Shown here one piece after another: positions 23,006 through 31,968 of a DNA stretch of 32,000 nt (position 1 is its first letter; the number at the start of each line of letters is the position of its first letter). Below the pieces are notes generated by a model. The model worked only from the letters and a program-made list of their open reading frames with translations, did not search any database and had not been told where the DNA came from. Source of the DNA: an uncultured Chloroflexia bacterium (GTDB lineage: Bacteria > Chloroflexota > Ktedonobacteria > Ktedonobacterales > JADMIN01); contig CAVRAI010000007.1 of assembly GCA_963718915.1 (NCBI GenBank), positions 60,001-92,000 on the forward strand, written 5' to 3'. Both the position numbers and the translations under genes were made by a program.

Positions 23006-24094
23006 TCAGTCATTGGGCGGCGTTGACCCGGAGACAGGTGGGGGCGCGGGCGGCAATCCTTCCTGCTCGAAGCCCCAGTCGAGCAACCGGCGCATATCGA
23101 CCCGGCGCACCTGCCACGACGGGTCGGCAAGCACGGCTCCAACGATCAGGTGGGCGTGGCGGATGGCGGCAAATGCCTGACAGAATCCAGCGGGGCCGGT
23201 ATAGCCTGGCTTGACACCAATCGCGCCAGGATAAGGCGCACCCGCTCCGGCCAACAGATCATTGCCGGTGAACAGTTTATACGCTTTGTGAGTTGCCGTC
23301 TTGGGGATATCGTATTTGGTCGCGGACATGACCGTCACCAGCGTTGGGTTTTTCATCGCGACGGCTGAGAGCACCGCCAGATCGCGGGCGCTGGTATGAT
23401 GGCCCGGCGCGTCCAGTCCGTGTGGGTTGGCGAAGTGCGTGTGTGTCAGCCCCAACTGGGCCGCCCGCGCATTCATCATGGCCACAAACTTCGCCTGGGT
23501 GCCACCGATAGCGTCGGCGATGGCCACGGCGGCATCGTTCCCGGACGGCATCACCAGCCCATAGAGCAGGTCGCGCAGGGTAAGCTTCTCGCCGGTATCG
23601 AGTCCCATGTAGCTGCTATCCGGCCCCACCAGCGCGTGCGCGTCGGCCCCAACCGTGATCATCTGGTCGAGATTGCCATGCTCCACCGCCAGCAACGCCG
23701 TCATGACCTTCGTGCAGCTCGCCATCGGCAGCTGGGCGTCGGCGTCTTTGGTATAGAGCACGGTATTGGTGTCGGCATCGAAGACGTAGGCCGCGACTGC
23801 GGTGATCTTCGGAGCGTTGGCCGAGAGCAGCTTGAGCGCGCCGCCCGCGAGGCTCGCACTGGTCGTTGCGGGATGCTTCGCCGCTTTGGCGAGCGTGGAC
23901 ATCTGCGCTACAAGTGTGATGAATCCTCCAAGGAGCACGAGTATAGTGATGATTGCAATGGCTGTCCCTCGCCAGGAAACCGGCGCCAGTTCCTCTGGCC
24001 TATCGGTATCCCTTGCCCTGTACCTGGGCCTGAACGACGCTCTGTATCCCGTTCTGTACTCTGCCCTCACCGCGATCCTCCGCCTGTGATTCAC
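23006..24094 (-). CDS. D-alanyl-D-alanine carboxypeptidase (peptidase S11, low-MW PBP) with N-terminal membrane anchor
   Basis: It has SxxK (MASCTKVMT), SxN (PSGND) and KTG-like (KPGYTGPAG) motifs. An N-terminal TM segment, AIAIITILVLLGGFITLVA, is present. Confidence 0.85.
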   Translation of the reverse strand: MNHRRRIAVRAEYRTGYRASFRPRYRARDTDRPEELAPVSWRGTAIAIITILVLLGGFITLVAQMSTLAKAAKHPATTSASLAGGALKLLSANAPKITAVAAYVFDADTNTVLYTKDADAQLPMASCTKVMTALLAVEHGNLDQMITVGADAHALVGPDSSYMGLDTGEKLTLRDLLYGLVMPSGNDAAVAIADAIGGTQAKFVAMMNARAAQLGLTHTHFANPHGLDAPGHHTSARDLAVLSAVAMKNPTLVTVMSATKYDIPKTATHKAYKLFTGNDLLAGAGAPYPGAIGVKPGYTGPAGFCQAFAAIRHAHLIVGAVLADPSWQVRRVDMRRLLDWGFEQEGLPPAPPPVSGSTPPND

Positions 24095-24354
24095 CGTGTC
24101 CTGCCAGTTCCAGGGTATTCACGTCCCTGTGGTGTAAGTCTAGTCCGAACAGGGGCGTCGCTCAAAGGGAATTGGCCCATATTTCTGCGATTTCTCGCAT
24201 CGCATATACGCAATTGGCCGCAAAAGGTGGCAACCGGCAGGGGCGACGACGCCTATCTGTGAAGTAGCGAACGGTATGCATTCGCGCCAGGATCGCACCA
24301 GGATAGAGTAGGGTCGGATCAATATGGGAACGGACGGAGAAGAGGGGGATGAGG

Positions 24355-24427
<73 letters not shown>

Positions 24428-24510
24428 GTATGCCGGAATAGAACCAGCGTTTCACAGTGTATCATTGGCCTCGCGCCGCTGTCAACCGACGCGCGTCCCT
24501 GCGCGCCACC

Positions 24511-25428
24511 TCACGCCGATCCCTCCGCCTGGGCGATACGCGCCAGCCGCAGCCATTCCTCAAGGCTCAGCGTCTGCGCCCGCCGCATGGGGTCGATCTC
24601 GCCCTCGGCCAGCCAGCGGCTAACCGTCTCGCGCGGCGCGTCGAGGTGACGCGCCAGGCTGTTGTGCAGTTGCTTGCGCTTCTCGGCGAAGCCCGCGTGA
24701 ATCAGCGCGAAGAACTGTTCAGTGGTGGCAGCATCCAGCAGGGGCGCGGGATGCAGATCCACGCGCACCACCGCCGAATCGACCCGCGGCGGCGGGAAAA
24801 ACGCCGTCGCCGGGACATAGGTGACGATGCGCGTCGTGCCATAGAACTGCACGCTGAGCGCCAGCAGGCTCATCTCGCCGGGGACAGCCACCAGCCGCTC
24901 GGCGACCTCGCGCTGCACCATCACCACGAGCACGCGTGGCGGATTGGCGGATTCGAGCAGATGGCGCAGGATGAGCGAAGTGATGTAATAGGGCAGGTTG
25001 GCGACCAGCTTATACGGCTCGGCGCCGAAGACTTCTTCCGGCTCCACCTCCAGCAGGTTGAGTGGGATGATCTCGACGTTCGGCAGGTCGTCGGTCGTCT
25101 CGCGCAACACCGGCAGCACCGCGCGATCCAGCTCGACCGCCACCACCCGTTGCGCCAGCAGCGCCAGTTCGCGCGTCAGCACGCCAGGGCCAGCGCCCAC
25201 CTCCAGCACGCGATCATCCGGTGTGAGGTCAGCCGCGCCGACGACCGCGTTGAGCGCCTTCCGGCTGATGAGCAGATGTTGGCCAAGACCCTTGTTAAGG
25301 GAGATGCCGTGGCGCGTCAGCAACTGCTTCAGCGTGCCCAGGTCGGTCAGGTCGCCGTCGAATGAACTGGTTACGCCATGATGGGATTCGGTCGTGAGTG
25401 CGGGAGTCTTCTTTTTATCGTCTATCAT
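24511..25428 (-). CDS. rsmA: 16S rRNA (adenine1518/1519-N6)-dimethyltransferase
   Basis: It has the KsgA signature LNKGLGQHLL, the SAM motif VLEVGAGPGVLT and NLPYYITS. It is 305 aa with a short N-terminal extension. Confidence 0.88.
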   Translation of the reverse strand: MIDDKKKTPALTTESHHGVTSSFDGDLTDLGTLKQLLTRHGISLNKGLGQHLLISRKALNAVVGAADLTPDDRVLEVGAGPGVLTRELALLAQRVVAVELDRAVLPVLRETTDDLPNVEIIPLNLLEVEPEEVFGAEPYKLVANLPYYITSLILRHLLESANPPRVLVVMVQREVAERLVAVPGEMSLLALSVQFYGTTRIVTYVPATAFFPPPRVDSAVVRVDLHPAPLLDAATTEQFFALIHAGFAEKRKQLHNSLARHLDAPRETVSRWLAEGEIDPMRRAQTLSLEEWLRLARIAQAEGSA

Positions 25429-25594
25429 GGCCTAATCGTAGCATGTCTGGGTATAGTCTGGATATCGTTGAGCTATCGCGTTATCCTTAGTTCTGAAAAT
25501 GCATACCTGCTTGAAGCGTCTGCTTTCCCGTTGGGATGTACTCATGTTCAGCCATCCATGCGCATGGAATCACTCTCGCCAAAGGAGCGTGTCT

Positions 25595-26659
25595 GTGTCT
25601 CTAGCCGTTCGTTCCAGACTGCTACGGACCTTTTGTTTCGGCGTAGTGTTGTTCGCCCTGGCTCTTGCTGCCTGCGACGAGCCGACCGTTCAGCGCGGCC
25701 CCACGGGCACCATCAACCTGCGCGGCGCAACAACGCAGGTGCAGTCCGCCGCACTTGTCGAGTATCCCGTACCAGATCGTGATGGCTTTCCATATGACAT
25801 CGTCATCGGGCCAGATGGCAATTTCTGGATCACCGGCCATTTCTCGCCAGATGACACGTTCGACATTCCAACGGTCAGCCGCCTGACCCTCAAAGCGGTG
25901 CTGACGCCGCATGCTATGCCCCAGCCAGGGCAGATCCCCGACGCCATTGTGAATGGCCCCGACGGCAATCTCTGGTTCACGGTCCCCCGGTTCAATATCA
26001 TCGGACGTATCACGCCCGCGGGTGTGATGACTCAGTTCCCACTGCCGTCGAATGGCGGGCCGCTGGATATCGTGTTGGGCAAGGATAACAATCTCTGGTT
26101 CACCGAGCCGGGGAGCAATGCGATTGGGCGCATCACCCCTGAAGGCAAAGTCACCGAGTTTCCGCTGCCAGTTGCCGCGAGTTTCCCCAACCAGATGACC
26201 GTTGGCCCCGATGGCGCGATCTGGTTTACCGAGAACTATCGCAACTTCGTCGGGCGTATCACCTCTGATGGCAAGATCACTGAGCTTGCCGTGCCGATCA
26301 TCGGTCGCGGCCTCTATGGGATTACAGTTGGACCAGACAAGAACCTCTGGATCACCGACATCGGCGATAACTGTATCTGGCAGATGTCGACGAAGGGCGT
26401 GACGAAGAAGTTCGCGTTGCCGTCGTCGCCGCCGCGCACTCCGTATAACATCATCCCTGGGCCAGATGGCAATCTCTGGTTCACCGAAAATTCGTACAAT
26501 GCGATTGCCCGGATGACGCTCAGCGGCGAGCTTACCGAGTATACGCTGCCGCATCCATCGAGCGGCCCGCTCAGTCTTGTCGTGGGCAGCGACGGCAATA
26601 TCTGGTTCACCGAGCTTGGCCAGCATGCCATCGGACGCATCACGCCGCCCGCATCCTGA
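25595..26659 (+). CDS. Exported lipoprotein with 7-bladed Vgb (virginiamycin B lyase)-like beta-propeller repeats
   Basis: The ORF-track ORF is 25499..26659. I prefer GTG 25595, 7 nt after AAGGAG (25582-87). That start gives the signal peptide MSLAVRSRLLRTFCFGVVLFALALAAC with lipobox LAAC (Cys codon 25673-75). There are seven repeats of about 41 aa of the type GPDGNLWFTE..NAIGRITP.G..TEFPLP. Confidence 0.75.
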   Translation: MSLAVRSRLLRTFCFGVVLFALALAACDEPTVQRGPTGTINLRGATTQVQSAALVEYPVPDRDGFPYDIVIGPDGNFWITGHFSPDDTFDIPTVSRLTLKAVLTPHAMPQPGQIPDAIVNGPDGNLWFTVPRFNIIGRITPAGVMTQFPLPSNGGPLDIVLGKDNNLWFTEPGSNAIGRITPEGKVTEFPLPVAASFPNQMTVGPDGAIWFTENYRNFVGRITSDGKITELAVPIIGRGLYGITVGPDKNLWITDIGDNCIWQMSTKGVTKKFALPSSPPRTPYNIIPGPDGNLWFTENSYNAIARMTLSGELTEYTLPHPSSGPLSLVVGSDGNIWFTELGQHAIGRITPPAS

Positions 26660-26680
26660 GGCGTGCCTATGCCTGCTCGC

Positions 26681-27475
26681 TCAGCCCGGAATTGACCTGA
26701 GGAAGCGACGCGCCTCGGCATTGAACAGGTCTGGCGCGTCGACGTTGCTCATGTGGCCGATTCCGGGCAAGACCACCAGCCGCGACCCTGGGATGCGCGC
26801 GTGGAGATCCTCGGCCACGGTCAGCGGCGCCCGTGTATCTGCGCCGCCATAGAGCAGCAATGTCGGCACGGCGATCAGCGGAAGCGCGTCACGAAGGTCT
26901 ACATCGGCGAGTGTTTTCACCATGGTTCGGGCGCCTGCTGGATGAAACTCGGACATGACCGCGATCACCTCATCGGCGGCTCCAGCGGGCGCATGTGATG
27001 TCAGCAGTTCGGGAATCCAGTCGGGGATCCACTGCTCTGGTGGCTGGTCAATTTCGCGTAGGGCGCGTTGCTTGCGTTGCTCAACCATCTCGGGCGAAAG
27101 CGAGCCGACCCACCCGGCATAGGCCGATGCCAGCATGAGCGAACGCGGAACCGTGGGGTGTCTGCGATAGAGTTCCAGCGCGAACATTGAGCCGAGCGAC
27201 AGCCCAAGCACATGCGGACGCTCCAGCCCAAGCGCGGTGATGAATCCGGCGAGGGTGTCGGCCCAATCGGAGAGATAAAACGTCTCGGGTGGATCGGAGG
27301 ATTGGCCGCAGCCCGGAGCATCCCACGCGACCACGGTGAATTCATCGGACAGCCCTTCGATCTGGGGACGCCACGTGCGGCTATCGTCATAGATGCCATG
27401 CAACAGGACGAGAGGTGGCCCTGTGCCTGCCCGTTGATAAGCGATGCGAATCCCTTCGATCTCGATCTGATCCAT
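26681..27475 (-). CDS. Alpha/beta-fold hydrolase
   Basis: 264 aa. It has the HG oxyanion motif (LVLLHGIYDD), the nucleophile elbow GLSLGS and a C-terminal GIGHMSNVD His motif. Confidence 0.85.
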   Translation of the reverse strand: MDQIEIEGIRIAYQRAGTGPPLVLLHGIYDDSRTWRPQIEGLSDEFTVVAWDAPGCGQSSDPPETFYLSDWADTLAGFITALGLERPHVLGLSLGSMFALELYRRHPTVPRSLMLASAYAGWVGSLSPEMVEQRKQRALREIDQPPEQWIPDWIPELLTSHAPAGAADEVIAVMSEFHPAGARTMVKTLADVDLRDALPLIAVPTLLLYGGADTRAPLTVAEDLHARIPGSRLVVLPGIGHMSNVDAPDLFNAEARRFLRSIPG

Positions 27476-27692
27476 ACTACCCTCCCTCTGACCATATGCA
27501 TAGTCCTGTGCGGCGCTACGGGTGAACGGGTACGGGTGGGCGCTCTCCGCACTGTAACATCACGCGCGGCGTTTCGCCTCGGCACTCCCTCGCAGAGACG
27601 TTGCACTTTCGCTGTGATGTACACTGGAAACAAGCGGTAGTCCATTCGGCGGAATGGGCCGCGCACTGTAGTTGAGCAGAGGAGCAAGAGTC

Positions 27693-28244
27693 GTGGATAA
27701 GTTGCTTGCGCGGCACTGGTGGGCGGTGGGGCTTCGGGGGCTGCTGGCGATCATCTTTGGCATTCTCGCGCTGGTGGTGCCGGGCATCACGCTGATCGTG
27801 CTGATAGCGTTCTTCGGCGCGTATGTGCTGATCGACGGCATAATCGCCATTTATCTGGCGATTCGCGGGCGCGAGAACAATCGTAACTGGGGCTGGCTGC
27901 TCATCGAGGGCATCGCTGGTGTGCTCATCGGTATCATCACCTTCCGCTGGCCCGGCGTGACGACCTTTGTGTTGCTGGCGTTCATCGCCGCCTGGGCGAT
28001 CATTACCGGCGTTATGGAAATCTTCGAGGCCATCGAGTTGCGGCGCGTCATCAACAACGAGTGGCTGCTGATCCTCAGCGGCGCGGCGTCGGTCATCTTT
28101 GGCCTGCTCCTGCTCCTCTTCCCCAGCACGGGAGCGCTGGCGTTGGTCTGGCTCATTGGCATCTTCGCGCTTATCTTCGGGATACTGCTGCTGGTACTTT
28201 CCTGGCGGCTGAGAGGGATGGCGCAGAGCGGCCAGATGGCGTGA
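27693..28244 (+). CDS. HdeD/DUF308 family membrane protein
   Basis: The ORF-track start is TTG 27672. I prefer GTG 27693, 8 nt after AGGAG (27680-84). It has about six TM helices and the DUF308-type N-terminus LLARHWWAVGLRGLLAIIFGILAL. Confidence 0.75.
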   Translation: MDKLLARHWWAVGLRGLLAIIFGILALVVPGITLIVLIAFFGAYVLIDGIIAIYLAIRGRENNRNWGWLLIEGIAGVLIGIITFRWPGVTTFVLLAFIAAWAIITGVMEIFEAIELRRVINNEWLLILSGAASVIFGLLLLLFPSTGALALVWLIGIFALIFGILLLVLSWRLRGMAQSGQMA

Positions 28245-28279
28245 ACATCGCGCCAGGATCGCGCCAGACGTCCGGCAGG

Positions 28280-29302
28280 TTAGTCCTCAAGTGTCTCTCG
28301 GAGCGCGGCAACAGCCTCATCCAGTGAGAGCGCCTGCCCCTCGCCCAGCACGCGGGCCAGCGTCGCTTCCTCCATCGTCTCCCTGAGCCAGGCGAGATCG
28401 CCAGCGCGCATCTCATGCTCGACCGGTTCCACTGGTCCGGGTATCGCGTCGCGATGGGTCGTTCCAGCGGCATAGAGGCGCGCGGCCTGCTCCGACTCGC
28501 CACGGGAGCGGGCCAGCGTTCCCGCGCGTTCCGCCAGCCACCAGAGATACTCGTTGGCGCGCACCTGGCCAGAGAGGTCACCGAGCGCCTGCGCCAGGTC
28601 CCGGCGCGCCAACGCAACGTCGTGGGCTTCGAGCGCGTACGTGGCGCGGAAATAGAGGATACGCGCCGCCATCGCCGGATTGCCCAGATTGCGGAACAAC
28701 CGCTCTGCCTCGTCCAGATACCGGCGCCCGACGTCGCTATCGCCCACGCGCCAGTATGCGCGTCCCAGGGTGAAGGCGCAGGTAGCGGCGCCAAAGATAT
28801 CATGTTCGTGGGTGAAGAGGTGATAGTTCGGTTCGGTGACTTCAATCGCGCGGGCTGGCGCATCGAGCATGATATAGGCCTCGCCGACATTGTTCCAGGT
28901 GAGCGCCCGCGCCCAGTCTGTCTCGCCGACCTCGCGACTCAGCGCGAGCGACTCCTCATAATAGGCCAGTGCTTCCCGTGGCCTTCCCATCTCGTAATAC
29001 AGTCCGCCAAGATTCATCAACGGGAAGATCTGATCCTTGCGATTCCCTAACTCACGCTGCAATGCAAGGGCCTCCTCATAGAGTGACTTCCCCCGCTCAT
29101 AGTCATGCAGAGCCGTGATGGTGTTCGCCAGATTCATCTTCGAGTAGGCAATCTGGATCTTGTCGTCCAGCTCACGCCAGAGCGCGAGGGCCGTCTCACC
29201 CGCATGACGCGCGCGCTCCAGCCGATCCAGTCGGTGTGTGATCATCAGCACACCTGTCAACGCCTCGGCAAGTGTAGCGCGGTCCTTCCGCTGTGTCGGC
29301 AT
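28280..29302 (-). CDS. TPR-repeat segment; probable C-terminal part of the split HTH-NB-ARC-TPR STAND gene
   Basis: 340 aa of consecutive 40-residue TPR-like repeats (..NLGGLYYEMGRPREALAYYEESLALSREVGE..). Its frame stays open upstream of the ATG and overlaps the stop of the upstream ORF. Confidence 0.7.
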   Translation of the reverse strand: MPTQRKDRATLAEALTGVLMITHRLDRLERARHAGETALALWRELDDKIQIAYSKMNLANTITALHDYERGKSLYEEALALQRELGNRKDQIFPLMNLGGLYYEMGRPREALAYYEESLALSREVGETDWARALTWNNVGEAYIMLDAPARAIEVTEPNYHLFTHEHDIFGAATCAFTLGRAYWRVGDSDVGRRYLDEAERLFRNLGNPAMAARILYFRATYALEAHDVALARRDLAQALGDLSGQVRANEYLWWLAERAGTLARSRGESEQAARLYAAGTTHRDAIPGPVEPVEHEMRAGDLAWLRETMEEATLARVLGEGQALSLDEAVAALRETLED

Positions 29303-29334
29303 CCCGATTCGGGTAATGAAGCGGTTGAGCCAGT

Positions 29335-30894
29335 CTAACCTTCGAGATATTGCGAATGCGAGGCCCAGAAGCGGCGTAAGTGGCCCGCCATGCGCAGCCC
29401 ATGCATCGTCTCGCCCGTTTCCCAGGCCCAGCCAAGCGCAGCGCGTATATTCTCATATTCCATCTCCAGCCGCGCCATGACCGCCTGAGGCTGGTCTACC
29501 TGGTCGGGAAAGGTCAGATCAACCAATCCCAGAAAATAGTCGGCATGTCGCCGCCGTGCCTCGTCCCATTCGCCCTCGGCGCGCAGTTGCTCCTGCGCGT
29601 AGGCGCGTAGTGTCACCAGTTGCGAATAGCGCCGCATGCCACCACTATCCAGGCTTTGAATCAGGCTCGCGTTGACTAGCGTTGCGAGGTGGGCCATGAG
29701 CGTCTCATCTGGCGTGCTGGTGACTGCCTCGGTAGCGTCAAGGGCTGCTCCGCCCACAAACACCCCCAGCCAGCGAAAGAGCCGCTTCTCCTCATCGCTG
29801 AGCAGGTCGTAGCTCCAGGCGATAGTCGAGCGCATCATCCGCTGATGATCGGCCAGGTCCTGGGCGCCCTCCGCGAGTATCCCAAGAAACGTCTGCTGGG
29901 CCAGCCGGTCGTGCAGCTGATGGAGTCCGAAAATCCGGGCGCGCGCCGCCGCCAGCTCGATGGCCAGCGGCAGGCCATCCAGGCGGGCGCAGATAGCGGC
30001 CACGAGGCGCCCATCCGCCAGCGTCATGATCGCGAAGTCTGGCGCAACCGCGCGGGCACGATCCAGAAAAAGCGCCACCGTCGGAACCTGACGCAACGCA
30101 TCGAGCGACTCCAGTTGCGCCGCGTCTGGCAGGGGAAGCGGTGGGACCGGAAAACACTGCTCGCCACGCACATTCAGCGCCGAGCGGCTCGTCACCAGCG
30201 CTTTGACCCGCGGGCAGGCGATGAGCAACTCCAGCACAGCGCGCGCGGCGGGCAACACCTGCTCAAAGTTATCCAGCACCAGCGCCAGTTCGCGGTCGTG
30301 GAGCGCCTGGATCAGGGTTTCGCGCAGCGGCAAACTGTCGCTCTCATGCACGTCCAGCGCCTGAGCGATAGCAGGTAAAACACGCTCCGGTTCGCGGATG
30401 GGAATGAGGTCCACGAAGACGACATCCTGGCTCTGCCACTCGCGCCGCAGTCTCGCCGCCAGCTCCAACGCCAGCCGCGTCTTGCCCACGCCCGCCGGAC
30501 CCGTCAGCGTCAGCAGCCGTGTCGTCTCGCGCCCGATCAATTCCAGCAGCGCCGCCTGCTCGCGCTCGCGCCCGATCAGCGAGGTCAATGGCACGGGGAG
30601 ATCGCCAGCGAGGAAGTCGTCGGGGCGCCGTTGGGCATCACCAGCATCATCGCGCGAATACCCCCCTCGCGCCTTCGCGACAAACGCCGCCGCTTCGTCC
30701 GGGGCGAGCGCGAGCGCGTCGCTGAGCAGGCTGACGGTTGCTCGCTGCGGGGCAAGCGTAATCCCGCGTTCGAGCAGACTCACCGATGCCACACTCAGGC
30801 CCGCGCGCTCGGCGAGTTCTTCCTGTGTGAGTCCGCTACGACGCCGGTAACGACGTAGCAGGCTGGCGAAGTCGGGGGTATCCACCGCTGACAT
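29335..30894 (-). CDS. XRE-type HTH + NB-ARC/AAA STAND NTPase segment; probable N-terminal part of the split gene
   Basis: GGAGGA lies 6 nt before the ATG. The HTH is GLTQEELAERAGLSVASVSLLERG, Walker A is LTGPAGVGKTRLA and Walker B-like is LALVLDNFEQV. It ends ...RRFWASHSQYLEG* exactly where homologues continue with EGRxWL. Confidence 0.75.
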   Translation of the reverse strand: MSAVDTPDFASLLRRYRRRSGLTQEELAERAGLSVASVSLLERGITLAPQRATVSLLSDALALAPDEAAAFVAKARGGYSRDDAGDAQRRPDDFLAGDLPVPLTSLIGREREQAALLELIGRETTRLLTLTGPAGVGKTRLALELAARLRREWQSQDVVFVDLIPIREPERVLPAIAQALDVHESDSLPLRETLIQALHDRELALVLDNFEQVLPAARAVLELLIACPRVKALVTSRSALNVRGEQCFPVPPLPLPDAAQLESLDALRQVPTVALFLDRARAVAPDFAIMTLADGRLVAAICARLDGLPLAIELAAARARIFGLHQLHDRLAQQTFLGILAEGAQDLADHQRMMRSTIAWSYDLLSDEEKRLFRWLGVFVGGAALDATEAVTSTPDETLMAHLATLVNASLIQSLDSGGMRRYSQLVTLRAYAQEQLRAEGEWDEARRRHADYFLGLVDLTFPDQVDQPQAVMARLEMEYENIRAALGWAWETGETMHGLRMAGHLRRFWASHSQYLEG

Positions 30895-31108
30895 GGAATC
30901 TCCTCCAGGTCTGCGTGCTCAGACTGGTTGCCATAATCGCCACCATTGTAGCACCTTCGGCCAGCATTTTTCGTGATCCTGTTCACGTTGAAAGGATGGT
31001 TTTTACGGGCAGTTTTACGGATTTTCGCTGGTCTCTGTGGTCGCGATCCAGGCACACTGTACGTGCTGAGGCGCAGGGCTGGTTCGGAGCGCAACTGGGG
31101 GCAATCTC

Positions 31109-31933
31109 ATGGCGGGCGAGTCAGATACCGCACTGATATGGGGCGCGCAGCTCGCTCGCGCCGAACGCATCCTGGCCGAGTCCGGCTCGCCTTTGCCAGA
31201 GAGGGAGGCAGCCGAGTTGCTGGGTCATCTGCTCGGTCTGCCCGTCTCCGAGATTCTCACGCAGCCACAGTCCGCGATGCTCCAGGCGGACGCGCGCAGG
31301 TATCACGCATGGGTGACGCGCCGTGCGGGTGGCGTGCCGATGCCATATGTCACCGGACATCTGGAATTCATGGGGCTGGACATCACGATTGGGTGGGACA
31401 CTCCGCTGCCCTTCCCCGGCGCATCGCGATTAGTGGAGGCCGCGCTGGAATGGGCGCGTAGCCGCGCGCCCGATCAGTTGATCGCCGCGGAGTTGCGCAC
31501 CGGTTGCGGCGCTATCGCTCTGGCGCTGGCGGCGCTTGAGCCTCGCTTCAGCCGCATCTACGCGGTGGATTCCTCGCCTCAGATTCTTGCCGTGGCGGCG
31601 GCCAATGGCGCGCGCTATCTCCTCAATCTGGTCATCCACTGGGTGGCGGGAGAAACGCTCGACGTGTTTTCGGAGCCAACTGACCTGATCGTCTGTGGCC
31701 AGTTTGATCCGACGTTACCGCCGTTCAAGGGGCAGGTACTCAGACTGGCCCCTGAGAAGATGCGTCCCGGCGGGGCGGTGATGTGCATGCTCGAGGCCAG
31801 CCGGGCAGCGGTACAACTGGAGTCGCTCCGCAATGTCGTGCCAGAGGAGGCGCAAGTCTGGACAACGCCATCATCTGACGGCACGCTGGTGGCCGTCGCG
31901 CAGTTGCCGCGTTCGCCTTCGTACGGCGTGTAA
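31109..31933 (+). CDS. PrmC/HemK-like methyltransferase-fold protein with degenerate catalytic motifs
   Basis: The HemK-like N-domain is GHLLGLPVSEIL...PMPYVTGHLEFMGLDITI, and the motif I remnant is ELRTGCGAIALALA. At the position of D-x-I-V-S-NPPY it reads DLIVCGQFDP, so there is no NPPY. Confidence 0.6.
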   Translation: MAGESDTALIWGAQLARAERILAESGSPLPEREAAELLGHLLGLPVSEILTQPQSAMLQADARRYHAWVTRRAGGVPMPYVTGHLEFMGLDITIGWDTPLPFPGASRLVEAALEWARSRAPDQLIAAELRTGCGAIALALAALEPRFSRIYAVDSSPQILAVAAANGARYLLNLVIHWVAGETLDVFSEPTDLIVCGQFDPTLPPFKGQVLRLAPEKMRPGGAVMCMLEASRAAVQLESLRNVVPEEAQVWTTPSSDGTLVAVAQLPRSPSYGV

Positions 31934-31968
31934 CGCGCAACATTCGAGACTGAAAGGTAGCTCATACC

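Noticed and set aside
23396-24262. 288-aa + strand ORF antisense to the DD-carboxypeptidase
   Set aside because: This is a shadow ORF opposite a gene carrying SxxK/SxN/KTG-type motifs.
24457-25365. 302-aa + strand ORF antisense to rsmA
   Set aside because: This is a typical high-GC shadow ORF. It is Arg/Ala/Gln-rich and low-complexity, and it lies wholly within a gene with clear KsgA motifs on the other strand.
25622-26626. 334-aa - strand ORF antisense to the Vgb-like propeller gene
   Set aside because: This is a shadow ORF. The + strand shows seven regular repeats and a lipoprotein signal, while the antisense product is Arg-rich with no motifs.
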